From positions 5,743 to 69,742 of the forward strand of contig CAYUPH010000002.1 of NCBI GenBank assembly GCA_964446625.1: a stretch of 64,000 nt of DNA, in the 5' to 3' direction. Of the stretch, positions 1 to 7,219 are shown one piece after another (within the stretch, counting starts at the first letter, position 1; each line of letters opens with the position of its first letter). Origin of the DNA: an uncultured Candidatus Saccharibacteria bacterium. Its GTDB lineage: Bacteria; Patescibacteriota; Minisyncoccia; Phycocordibacterales; CAIRYW01. The notes beneath the pieces are model-generated. The model was not told the DNA's origin. It ran no database searches and saw only the letters and a list, made by a program, of their open reading frames with translations. A program made the translations under genes and the position numbers.

Positions 1-765
1 CGTTTTGCGCTCGACCTGGCGATCAAGCACGGCTTTACTCCGGTGACAACACCGGAACTCGCTCGTGACGAGATCATCACAGCTTCTGGATTCTCTCCGC
101 GAGGACCGGAAAGCCAGATCTACTCCCTTACGGAGGGAGATCTGAGCCTTATCGGCACCGCCGAGATCACTATCGGCGGCTACCTGGCAAAAACAGTGAT
201 TCCGGAGGAAGATCTTCCGATCAAGATCTCCGGCGTCAGCCATTGCTTCAGGACAGAAGCCGGCAGCGGTGGTCGTGAAAGCAAGGGACTCTACCGAGTG
301 CATCAGTTCAGCAAGGTCGAACTCTACCAGTTCGTGCATCCCGACAAGAGCGCAACCGCTCATGAAGAGATGCTCGCAATCGAGGAGGAGTTCTACCAAG
401 CTCTGAAGCTCCCATACCGCGTCTTGCTCATGTGCAAGGGCGATCTGGGAACCCCGGCCTATCGAAAATACGACATCGAGGCTTGGATGCCTTTCGTCGG
501 TGAAGGTGGTGGATACGGTGAAGTGACGTCCGCGTCAAACTGCACCGATTTCCAAGCGCGGCGCTTGAACACCAAGTTCAAGAACAGCACTTCTGGAAAG
601 ACTGAGTTCGTCCACACCCTTAACGGCACGGCTGTGGCTGTCACTCGAACGATGCTCGCCATCCTCGAGAACAACCAGCAGGCTGACGGGTCGGTACTCA
701 TTCCCGAAGTGTTGCATCCCTACGTTGGGGTGCAGAGCATCAAGCCCAAAAGCAAGAAATTCTGA
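1..765 (+). CDS. serS: Seryl-tRNA synthetase, C-terminal catalytic part (5' end outside window)
   Basis: Frame 1 is open from position 1 (RFALDLAIKHGFTPVTTPEL...). Class II aaRS SerRS motifs are present (FRTEAGSGGRESKGLYRVHQF, GEGGGYGEVTSASNCTDFQARR). GC is about 52%, above the window average. Confidence 0.9.
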   Translation, partial: RFALDLAIKHGFTPVTTPELARDEIITASGFSPRGPESQIYSLTEGDLSLIGTAEITIGGYLAKTVIPEEDLPIKISGVSHCFRTEAGSGGRESKGLYRVHQFSKVELYQFVHPDKSATAHEEMLAIEEEFYQALKLPYRVLLMCKGDLGTPAYRKYDIEAWMPFVGEGGGYGEVTSASNCTDFQARRLNTKFKNSTSGKTEFVHTLNGTAVAVTRTMLAILENNQQADGSVLIPEVLHPYVGVQSIKPKSKKF

Positions 766-770
766 TGGGC

Positions 771-812
771 AAGACTCTTACGTGACCAGGGTTATGTAAG
801 AGTCTTTTTTAT
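771..812. terminator. Hairpin (9-bp stem aagactcttac/gtaagagtctt) plus T-run between convergent serS and NUDIX
   Basis: Inverted repeat followed by tttttt, read directly from the sequence. Confidence 0.5.
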
Positions 813-847
813 TTATAATTCGCCATTTCAGCCCTATTTAACATAAT

Positions 848-1345
848 TCATCTCCAAATCCATTTGCTTTTTAGTTCGAGTGAACGTTGCATGATGTGAT
901 CACCGATCTCACCCCAGTCAAAATATTTCTTATAATCAGCGGGGTCAATAAGTTCAATCTTTGTAATATCTCCATCTGGATCATTTGTGAATGGACCAAA
1001 TGGTTCGACAATACACAATGATCTTGTCTGCGACACAACACCTTGTGGCTCTGTTATGTCCTGGCAACCAATAAAGCGTTGTCTGATGACGTTCATATTT
1101 GTCTCTTCCTTTACTTCTCGTCTTACTGCATCGGGTGCGCTTTCACCAAGCTCAACTCCGCCACCTGGTGGTGTCCAATATCCTTTCTTTTCGCTGTATA
1201 CAAGGACTAGTTTACCTTCGCAAAAACAATATGCGTGTACGCCTTGAATCTTCTTATCACCGAGATCAAGCTCACTATTGATATCGTTGTAAACAACATC
1301 TAACACTTGCCCCAATCGATTTTTTAGAGTTGACCTTATTTCCAT
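848..1345 (-). CDS. NUDIX hydrolase
   Basis: Nudix box GGGVELGESAPDAVRREVKEETNM (GX5EX7REVxEExG pattern). Confidence 0.85.
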   Translation of the reverse strand: MEIRSTLKNRLGQVLDVVYNDINSELDLGDKKIQGVHAYCFCEGKLVLVYSEKKGYWTPPGGGVELGESAPDAVRREVKEETNMNVIRQRFIGCQDITEPQGVVSQTRSLCIVEPFGPFTNDPDGDITKIELIDPADYKKYFDWGEIGDHIMQRSLELKSKWIWR

Positions 1346-1492
1346 AAATCTATTTTAGCATTTTACTTATATTTCCTCATCTCTTCAGCCGTAGGACGCA
1401 CTATTCCAAAGAAACCCTGCTTGATATTCGGCAACCAAATGTGGGCTTTATTCTCTTTCCAAAAGGTTCCTATTTCTCGTGCAATGTCGAGC

Positions 1493-1548
1493 AGAAACCT
1501 CCAACAAAAAACCGTCCACCTTGAGACGGTTTTTTGTTGGAGGTTTCT
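1493..1548. terminator. Perfect 24-bp-arm palindrome with 8-nt loop; inner part is a classic bidirectional terminator (aaaaaaccgtc..gacggtttttt)
   Basis: agaaacctccaacaaaaaaccgtc / caccttga / gacggttttttgttggaggtttct. The arms are exact reverse complements. Confidence 0.5.
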
Positions 1549-1561
1549 TCACCGCAAAAGA

Positions 1562-1768
1562 CTATTGTCTTGCGAGTTTTGTAGAAATAGCAGCGAGGTA
1601 CACTGCAGAAAGTCCAACGAGCGCGTATACAATCCTTGAAAGCGTAGACATGTCGCCAAAGATAGTAGTCACTAGGTTAAAGTCAAAAATACCAACCAGT
1701 CCCCAATTGAGACCACCAACAATGACGAGAACTAGAGCTACCCAATCAAAAGCATTAAGTTTATTCAT
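1562..1768 (-). CDS. DUF378-family small membrane protein
   Basis: 68 aa with two TM helices and a GGLNWGLVG motif typical of DUF378. Confidence 0.7.
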   Translation of the reverse strand: MNKLNAFDWVALVLVIVGGLNWGLVGIFDFNLVTTIFGDMSTLSRIVYALVGLSAVYLAAISTKLARQ

Positions 1769-1887
1769 TATGTTTTATGTATAAATTAATTTATTCAGTC
1801 TGCGTCTCGACCCTAGCGCAATCAGAATAATTATATCATGAACCATGCTGAAATAATGTATTGCAATAAAGTTACTAACGACTTTTT

Positions 1888-1896
1888 TGATATAAT
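1888..1896 (+). promoter_or_regulatory. Extended -10 (TGaTATAAT) 6 nt upstream of the ATG at 1903, leaderless configuration
   Basis: Sequence tgatataat gtacac ATG; no SD sequence present. Confidence 0.4.
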
Positions 1897-1902
1897 GTAC
1901 AC

Positions 1903-2424
1903 ATGTCACATATCAATATAGAAATAAAAGCGCGTTGTTTTAATCAAGATAGAATTAGAGAAATTCTTAAAAATGAGAACGCGGATTTTAAGGGAGTCGA
2001 TCACCAAATTGATACTTACTTTAAATCCCCTAACGGACGTCTCAAATTGCGCCAGGGCAACATAGAAAATTTTCTTATTTTTTATAATCGAGAAGATAAA
2101 GAAGGACCGAAGCAATCCGACGTCACATTACTAAAGATAGACCCTGGTAACTCGCCCAAAAATATTCTTGAACAAGCAATAGGGATACTAGTAGAAGTTG
2201 ATAAACAAAGAGAAATTTACTTTATTGGAAATATAAAATTTCACTTAGATAACGTGAAAGACCTTGGTACATTTGTTGAAGTTGAAGCAATAGACAAAGA
2301 TGGCTCAATTGGGAAAGAGAAACTACTTGAACAATGTAATGAGTATTTAAAAAAGTTCGATATAAAGGACAAAGACCTGATTTCTGTTTCTTATAGTGAT
2401 TTGTTGCTTAAAAATAATTCATAA
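1903..2424 (+). CDS. CYTH-domain protein (class IV adenylate cyclase / triphosphate tunnel metalloenzyme family)
   Basis: N-terminal EIEIKARC-type motif (INIEIKARC) and the overall 173-aa CYTH pattern. Lies in an AT-rich region (about 32% GC). Confidence 0.7.
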   Translation: MSHINIEIKARCFNQDRIREILKNENADFKGVDHQIDTYFKSPNGRLKLRQGNIENFLIFYNREDKEGPKQSDVTLLKIDPGNSPKNILEQAIGILVEVDKQREIYFIGNIKFHLDNVKDLGTFVEVEAIDKDGSIGKEKLLEQCNEYLKKFDIKDKDLISVSYSDLLLKNNS

Positions 2425-2455
2425 AATCACCTAATTTCTTTGCTATAATATACAC

Positions 2456-2758
2456 ATGATCAAAGAATACCTCGCGTACTTAAAAGACAACCCAAAGGGC
2501 TACTGGTTTAAAGCAAAGCTTTATGGCTGGGGCTGGGTGCCAGTGAAATGGCAAGGATGGGCAGTTATCCTAGTCTATATTGTGCTCGTGACTTCCTTAC
2601 TCGCAAACGTAGAAAAAGAAATTCCGGGAAATCCTGATTCGGGAACTAATTTTCTTGTTTTAGGATTGCCGATTATCCTTCTTTCTGTTCTTCTTATTAT
2701 TGTCTGTTACAAAAAAGGAGAAAAGCCTCGTTGGCAGTGGGGACCACCAAAAAAGTAA
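2456..2758 (+). CDS. Small membrane protein, hypothetical
   Basis: 100 aa, Trp-rich N-terminus and 2 predicted TM segments. TGcTATAAT box ends 6 nt before the ATG. Confidence 0.55.
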   Translation: MIKEYLAYLKDNPKGYWFKAKLYGWGWVPVKWQGWAVILVYIVLVTSLLANVEKEIPGNPDSGTNFLVLGLPIILLSVLLIIVCYKKGEKPRWQWGPPKK

Positions 2759-2770
2759 TAGTCTTCCCTA

Positions 2771-3307
2771 TTACTTACAATTTTTCTCTAGATAATCAAA
2801 CAGTAACTCAAACTCTTCAGGGTGATCAACAAAGTTTTCATCTTTGTTTTCTATCATTCTTTTAAATTCAGAAATAGGTACTAATTTGACTTCTGAAACT
2901 TCTTCCTTCTGCCTTTTTATATCCTCTAGTTTAATTTCTGTCTTTAGTATATAAACAGGATTTATCTCATTGTTTATTAGAGCTCCTATTACCTGCATTT
3001 GTTTTACAACACCAATTAAAGTAAAAAAAGTTTCTGGGAAAACTAACCCAAGCTCTTCCTCTGTTTCTCGCACCGCTGAAGTAATATCACTTTCTCCTGC
3101 TGAAACATGCCCCGCCGAAGATATGTCCCACATACCAGGATTGCTTTCTTTTTGTGGAGATCTTTTTTGAATTAAAACCTGCTTATCTGGAGTAATGATC
3201 CATACATGGACAGATCTGTGCCAAAAACCTTTTTCATGGGCTTCTTTTTTAGAACTTATTGTTCCAGTTGGATTTCCTTCACTATCATATATATCTAAGT
3301 ATTCCAT
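2771..3307 (-). CDS. NUDIX hydrolase
   Basis: Nudix box GHVSAGESDITSAVRETEEELGL. Confidence 0.85.
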   Translation of the reverse strand: MEYLDIYDSEGNPTGTISSKKEAHEKGFWHRSVHVWIITPDKQVLIQKRSPQKESNPGMWDISSAGHVSAGESDITSAVRETEEELGLVFPETFFTLIGVVKQMQVIGALINNEINPVYILKTEIKLEDIKRQKEEVSEVKLVPISEFKRMIENKDENFVDHPEEFELLFDYLEKNCK

Positions 3308-3372
3308 ATAAAGAGTATACTTTATTTGTTCTGTTTACAAAACACATGCAGAAATGTATAGTTCTGAGTAGT

Positions 3373-3636
3373 ATGATAAATCTACAATTCAGGCGGGACT
3401 TACCCAACTTCACTCTAGCTTTTAGTGACCTGGAAGCATTCAAATTGGGAGAAGTGCTCCAACACACACTTTCAGGCGAGGATCCTCCTGATGAAGAGCT
3501 AGGTGATCCGGCAGAAACAATGCCGGAGGTAGGCGATGCGATACCTTGGGAATGTGGAGTCGAGGAGGGCTGGGCGGAAGTATTGTCTACCGACCCAAAT
3601 GGTCCTACCCCATCGTTTATATGGAAAATAATATGA
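3373..3636 (+). CDS. Hypothetical small acidic protein; coding status ambiguous (could be ncRNA)
   Basis: A GC-rich (about 48%) patch sits inside an AT-rich block. Overlapping ORFs are open on both strands; the minus-strand one is an S/P low-complexity translation that looks spurious. Confidence 0.2.
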   Translation: MINLQFRRDLPNFTLAFSDLEAFKLGEVLQHTLSGEDPPDEELGDPAETMPEVGDAIPWECGVEEGWAEVLSTDPNGPTPSFIWKII

Positions 3637-3676
3637 GCAATAGCCCAACGTACCATAAGTTGTATGATTGGGTTTT

Positions 3677-4189
3677 TTAAATTCTTCTTATAAGCTTCCC
3701 TATCTTTTCTTCAAACACCTTTGCGTGGTAGTGCATTGGAAATGGAATAACAACTCCCTTATTTACAACATTAAAACCATCTTCTAAAAGTGGTTTTTCA
3801 AGAAGTCTGTAAATATTTGCTTTTATTAAAATTATTGGAGTTTTGGATTTTTCTTTCCCAAGAAGATTCTCTAAATCTTTTTTGAAATTATTATAATTTT
3901 GAAGTATCTTTTTATCCGCTACTTTGTCTGGAAGTTTGTTCACTGGTTCGTAGATTGGATCAACTACTATATACCCCGCCTCAGCAAACTGTCGTAGTCC
4001 CACTACTTTTGTCTCTGGGCTAAAATTTAAAAAGGTTTTCATAAAGGTTTTAAACAAAAGTTCTGAAACCCTTCCCTCCTCCTGATAAAAGTACCCCACT
4101 CCTCGCTCTGGTGGTGACTCTAGCACAAAAACTGCTTTGATTCTCCTTGGAATGTATTTGTTTCTCTCTTCTATGTAAATATTTTTCAC
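3677..4189 (-). CDS. Hypothetical protein; weak resemblance to the uracil-DNA glycosylase superfamily (family 4/5-like)
   Basis: Motif order VFVLESPPERG ... ELLFKTF ... GYIVVDPIYEP resembles UDG motif A (GEAPG), the helix, and the VYITNAVKCRPP region. This comes from pattern memory only. Confidence 0.55.
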   Translation of the reverse strand: MKNIYIEERNKYIPRRIKAVFVLESPPERGVGYFYQEEGRVSELLFKTFMKTFLNFSPETKVVGLRQFAEAGYIVVDPIYEPVNKLPDKVADKKILQNYNNFKKDLENLLGKEKSKTPIILIKANIYRLLEKPLLEDGFNVVNKGVVIPFPMHYHAKVFEEKIGKLIRRI

Positions 4190-4211
4190 TGAGTGATTAT
4201 AGCACTACAAA

Positions 4212-4231
4212 AGTTTTACTTTAGTAAAACT
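4212..4231. promoter_or_regulatory. Perfect 9-bp inverted repeat AGTTTTACT-TT-AGTAAAACT in a divergent intergenic region
   Basis: Exact palindrome between the minus-strand gene ending at 4189 and the plus-strand gene starting at 4261. Candidate operator. Confidence 0.3.
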
Positions 4232-4260
4232 GTGCTATCTTTGAAGTAGACACTTTGCTT

Positions 4261-4479
4261 ATGAAAAAAAAGGCATTGCTCAGACACATTCAAGGTATAG
4301 AAAAGATTTTACACCTGCTCAGTCACCCAAATACCCACATACATGTATGCCCAAAGTGCGGAAGTGCCTGGTCTCATTCGAGCGACGAAAAAGGAGACCC
4401 AGAAAAAAAGCACACCTGTCCCACTTGTGGAACAATTGAGTATAGAGTGAGTAGGCATCTTAACCCCAGACTCTCTTAA
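4261..4479 (+). CDS. Small zinc-ribbon protein (CPKCG...CPTCG)
   Basis: Two CxxC pairs. The ORF-track start at 4255 is a TTG; the first in-frame ATG is at 4261. Confidence 0.55.
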   Translation: MKKKALLRHIQGIEKILHLLSHPNTHIHVCPKCGSAWSHSSDEKGDPEKKHTCPTCGTIEYRVSRHLNPRLS

Positions 4480-4546
4480 AAGTAAGGTGCTGGGCTTTTT
4501 TATTTTCTTAATGAAAACAAAATTTTTGTTTTGTTATAATTGTGGC

Positions 4547-5482
4547 ATGAAAAACACATTAAAATTTATTTTCTCAATTATCATCTGTCAGCTCGCGGGT
4601 GCTATTGGCGCCATTTTTACCACACCTTCAATCGATTCATGGTACGACACTTTAGTAAAACCTAGTTTTGTGCCACCCAACTCCGTTTTCGGACCGGTTT
4701 GGACCATCCTTTTTGTCCTCATGGGTATTTCACTATTTCTCATTTGGAAAAAAGGTTTAGAGAAAAGAGAAATTAAAATTGCTGTTTCCCTCTTTGCGCT
4801 TCAACTTATTTTAAACGTCCTTTGGTCATTTATCTTTTTTGGTGCACACTCACTTGTTGGCGGATTTATTGAAATTATTTTTCTCTGGCTCTCTATTCTT
4901 GTGTGTATTTTATATTTTTGGAGAATATCAAAAGGCGCATCACTCCTCCTCGTGCCTTATATTCTCTGGGTGAGTTTCGCTGGTTTTCTCAACTTCTCTC
5001 TCATCTCGCTCAACAGCGAGACGCCTCAAAACCCCTCTCCTACTACCCTTCCAGACGAAACAGACTCATGGAAAACCCTAGCGGACGAATCTTCGGGTGC
5101 GACTTTCAAATACCCAGAAAGTATTGATTTAAAATATGTAAGTCTCTTTGACTGGCCACCAAAAGTGCAAATTCTAAACAATAAATTTACGTGCACCGAA
5201 GCAGGAACATCGACTCTGCGCGGAGGACAAACAACAGAGGAGGAAATAAATGGCACAAAATTTTGTGTGACAAAAATCATGGAAGGTGCCGCTGGAAGCA
5301 CTTATACGGAGTACGCTTATGCTTTTGGAGTAGAGGACAAAACTGCAATTTTCACTTTTACTCTTCGTTCACCAAATTGCGGAAATTATGACGAGCCTCA
5401 AATGAGCGAATGTAAAGCAGAGCAAGACTCTTTTGACTTTGGACCGACTGTTTCCAAAATCGCAAAGTCTCTAAAATTCTAA
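4547..5482 (+). CDS. tspO: TspO/MBR (tryptophan-rich sensory protein) with a C-terminal extension of about 150 aa, soluble and Cys-containing
   Basis: WYDTLVKPSFVPPNSVFGPVWTILFVLMGISLFLIW plus 5 TM segments give the TspO signature. TGtTATAAT box at 4532-4540 lies 6 nt before the ATG at 4547. Confidence 0.85.
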   Translation: MKNTLKFIFSIIICQLAGAIGAIFTTPSIDSWYDTLVKPSFVPPNSVFGPVWTILFVLMGISLFLIWKKGLEKREIKIAVSLFALQLILNVLWSFIFFGAHSLVGGFIEIIFLWLSILVCILYFWRISKGASLLLVPYILWVSFAGFLNFSLISLNSETPQNPSPTTLPDETDSWKTLADESSGATFKYPESIDLKYVSLFDWPPKVQILNNKFTCTEAGTSTLRGGQTTEEEINGTKFCVTKIMEGAAGSTYTEYAYAFGVEDKTAIFTFTLRSPNCGNYDEPQMSECKAEQDSFDFGPTVSKIAKSLKF

Positions 5483-5513
5483 TCTCCCTTCCCTCGTCCA
5501 CACAAAAACCTTT

Positions 5514-5552
5514 CCTCTCTTCAAGGTTCGGCCTTGAAGAGAGGGTTTTATA
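5514..5552 (+). terminator. Rho-independent terminator after tspO
   Basis: cctctcttcaagg ttcgg ccttgaagagagg followed by gtttta. Confidence 0.6.
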
Positions 5553-5566
5553 TTTAGAAATATATG

Positions 5567-5596
5567 TTTGACAATATGAATTAAAGAAAGGTATAA
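5567..5596 (+). promoter_or_regulatory. Sigma70-like promoter TTGACA-18 nt-TATAAA
   Basis: ttgaca atatgaattaaagaaagg tataaa. Confidence 0.45.
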
Positions 5597-5602
5597 ATAT
5601 CA

Positions 5603-5908
5603 GCGGTTCGAGAAAAAACCAACTCGGTTTCATGAAAACACCTAAAATCATAGTGCGGTGGAGAAGTGGAGGAGCAGTCATTATCACCAACAAAAGGCGG
5701 CTCCGAATTGGACCCGATGATCAAATTCGAAAAGTATTTGGGGTGAAAATCATTCTCTTCAACATTTCGCGTCCTAAAAAGATTACTTACATGGGCATCC
5801 GAAAAACCAGGCGAGCAAAAATGATAAAGTTTCAGGTTAAACCTGGCCGAGATAAATTTCTTTATTTTTAGGCATTTTTATCACGCACCTTTAGGTAGCG
5901 TGGTTTTT
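5603..5908 (+). ncRNA. Candidate ~300-nt transcript bounded by a promoter and a terminator. Either an ncRNA or an mRNA for a 79-aa very basic peptide (5632..5871)
   Basis: Promoter at 5567-5596 and a terminator hairpin plus T7 at about 5882-5908. The ORF lacks an SD and uses CGG/AGG/CGA Arg codons that are rare elsewhere in the window. Confidence 0.3.
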
Positions 5909-5921
5909 TTATTTCAATCTT

Positions 5922-5982
5922 CGAAGACCTCCCTTTTTGAAAACGAGCCTTATGCCAGGCCGTGGCAAAGGGCGGACCTTCG
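5922..5982 (+). repeat. Structured repeat copy 1: hairpin with a conserved 28-nt core, gaaaacgagccttatgccaggccgtggc
   Basis: Core identical to 7237-7264. Flanking arms cgaag...cttcg are imperfectly complementary. Confidence 0.6.
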
Positions 5983-6012
5983 GAAGGATTTAATCTTTGA
6001 TATACTATTTTT

Positions 6013-6543
6013 ATGAAAAAAGCACTCATGATAATCGATATGCAAAAAGGTTTTCGTTTTCCTGAAACCGAATCAATAATTCCCTCAACCCAATCTCTTC
6101 GCCATCAATTTAAAGGGAGTACTATTTTTACTAAGTTTATTGATTCACCAAATTCAAACTTTGAAAAACAGCTAAACTGGACTACTTTTCAAAATAAAGA
6201 AAAACAAGAAATTTTAACAGAATTCTCTTTAAAAGACAGCGACAAAGTTTTTACACATTCGACTTATAATCCCGTTACTAATGAGCTTCTCTCTTATTTA
6301 AGTCAGAATCAAATCAAACAAGTTTTTCTTTCGGGAATATACACAGATGTCTCTGTAGCGTATGCTGCAATGACTTTTTTTGATGCAGGAATTGAAACTT
6401 TTGTCATTTCTGACTGTACAAACTCAGTACATAAAAACCAAAAAAATAAAATCCATGAATCTGCACTTGAGAGTCTTTCTCATATTCTTGGAAAAGACCA
6501 TATATTATCTTCAAAAATGGTTCTAGAAATGTATCTACCTTAG
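6013..6543 (+). CDS. Isochorismatase-family cysteine hydrolase (nicotinamidase/PncA-like)
   Basis: N-terminal ALMIIDMQKGF motif and VISDCT catalytic Cys region. TGaTATACT box lies 6 nt before the ATG. Confidence 0.75.
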   Translation: MKKALMIIDMQKGFRFPETESIIPSTQSLRHQFKGSTIFTKFIDSPNSNFEKQLNWTTFQNKEKQEILTEFSLKDSDKVFTHSTYNPVTNELLSYLSQNQIKQVFLSGIYTDVSVAYAAMTFFDAGIETFVISDCTNSVHKNQKNKIHESALESLSHILGKDHILSSKMVLEMYLP

Positions 6544-6623
6544 TGTTTGTTTTTGTAAAACCTATCCAAAAGCTACTTTGAAACTTCTTTTTGGTATGTT
6601 ATTTTAGCTTCAACGTACCTTTT

Positions 6624-7178
6624 ATGATACCTAGCCCACCTACCCCACAGCCTCTTGGCGACGAAGATTTGGCACGTCTTGAAGGATGGAAGGCTTTTTT
6701 TTACCAAACATCTAGAAGATGCAAAATCGTAACTCCAACTGATGAAGGTTTCGGAGCTCTTGTTGGAAAGATTGCATCTAGAACAAGAGAACACCTGAGA
6801 ATGCAACCTCCTGACTTTTTTGAAAATTGGCCTTCATTGAAGAATATTGCTTTTCTTGTCTTATTGGACTCATCTAGGCCAAATACTCCGCCAGAGTTCC
6901 GAATTGAAGACATATTCATATTCTGTTGGGATAACATTGCATTTGCTCCCGCTTGGTATTCGTGGACCGGCGATGGTGAACTTGCACCTGATAAACTCGA
7001 ATGGTCGCTCGACGGAAGCCCGGATAAGTCGTGGAGGTCAGTTACTGCACATATCACCAAAACACTTCTGCAATACCACGCCCAGGTGCCTCCTCCGCCC
7101 TTAACAGCATATGACCTTGAAAAGCAGCGGGAGGGCATAGATTTTTTTGGGGATATGCTCACTGAAAAGCCGAACTAG
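6624..7178 (+). CDS. Hypothetical protein
   Basis: 184 aa from the first in-frame ATG (the track start at 6591 is TTG). GC is about 44%. A plus-strand terminator immediately downstream supports the plus-strand reading over the antisense ORF. Confidence 0.45.
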   Translation: MIPSPPTPQPLGDEDLARLEGWKAFFYQTSRRCKIVTPTDEGFGALVGKIASRTREHLRMQPPDFFENWPSLKNIAFLVLLDSSRPNTPPEFRIEDIFIFCWDNIAFAPAWYSWTGDGELAPDKLEWSLDGSPDKSWRSVTAHITKTLLQYHAQVPPPPLTAYDLEKQREGIDFFGDMLTEKPN

Positions 7179-7183
7179 ACTCA

Positions 7184-7210
7184 ACCACCCTAACCGGTGG
7201 TTTTTTTTAT
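7184..7210 (+). terminator. Hairpin aaccacc ctaacc ggtggtt plus T8
   Basis: Read from the sequence. Confidence 0.5.
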
Positions 7211-7219
7211 TCCCCTCTT

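Noticed and set aside
1421-1784. ORFs 1421..1639 and 1479..1784 on the plus strand
   Set aside because: They run straight through the 24-bp-arm palindrome/terminator and overlap the DUF378 gene on the opposite strand. No start signals. Treated as spurious.
5632-5871. 79-aa basic ORF treated as a confident protein gene
   Set aside because: No SD or leaderless -10 spacing, atypical Arg codon usage and a K/R composition of about 30%. Kept only as the alternative interpretation of a candidate ncRNA.
5603-5908. Assigning the 300-nt unit to tmRNA, RNase P RNA or SRP RNA
   Set aside because: RNase P P4 (GGAAAGUCCGG...ACAGAA), tmRNA tRNA-like end (UUCGAAUCC...CCA) and SRP domain IV GGAA-tetraloop helix were looked for and not found. 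There is only a loose similarity to the SRP AGCAG region.
6701-7162. 153-aa minus-strand ORF antisense to 6624..7178
   Set aside because: Low-complexity translation. The plus-strand reading is supported by a downstream plus-strand terminator, so the antisense ORF is not called.
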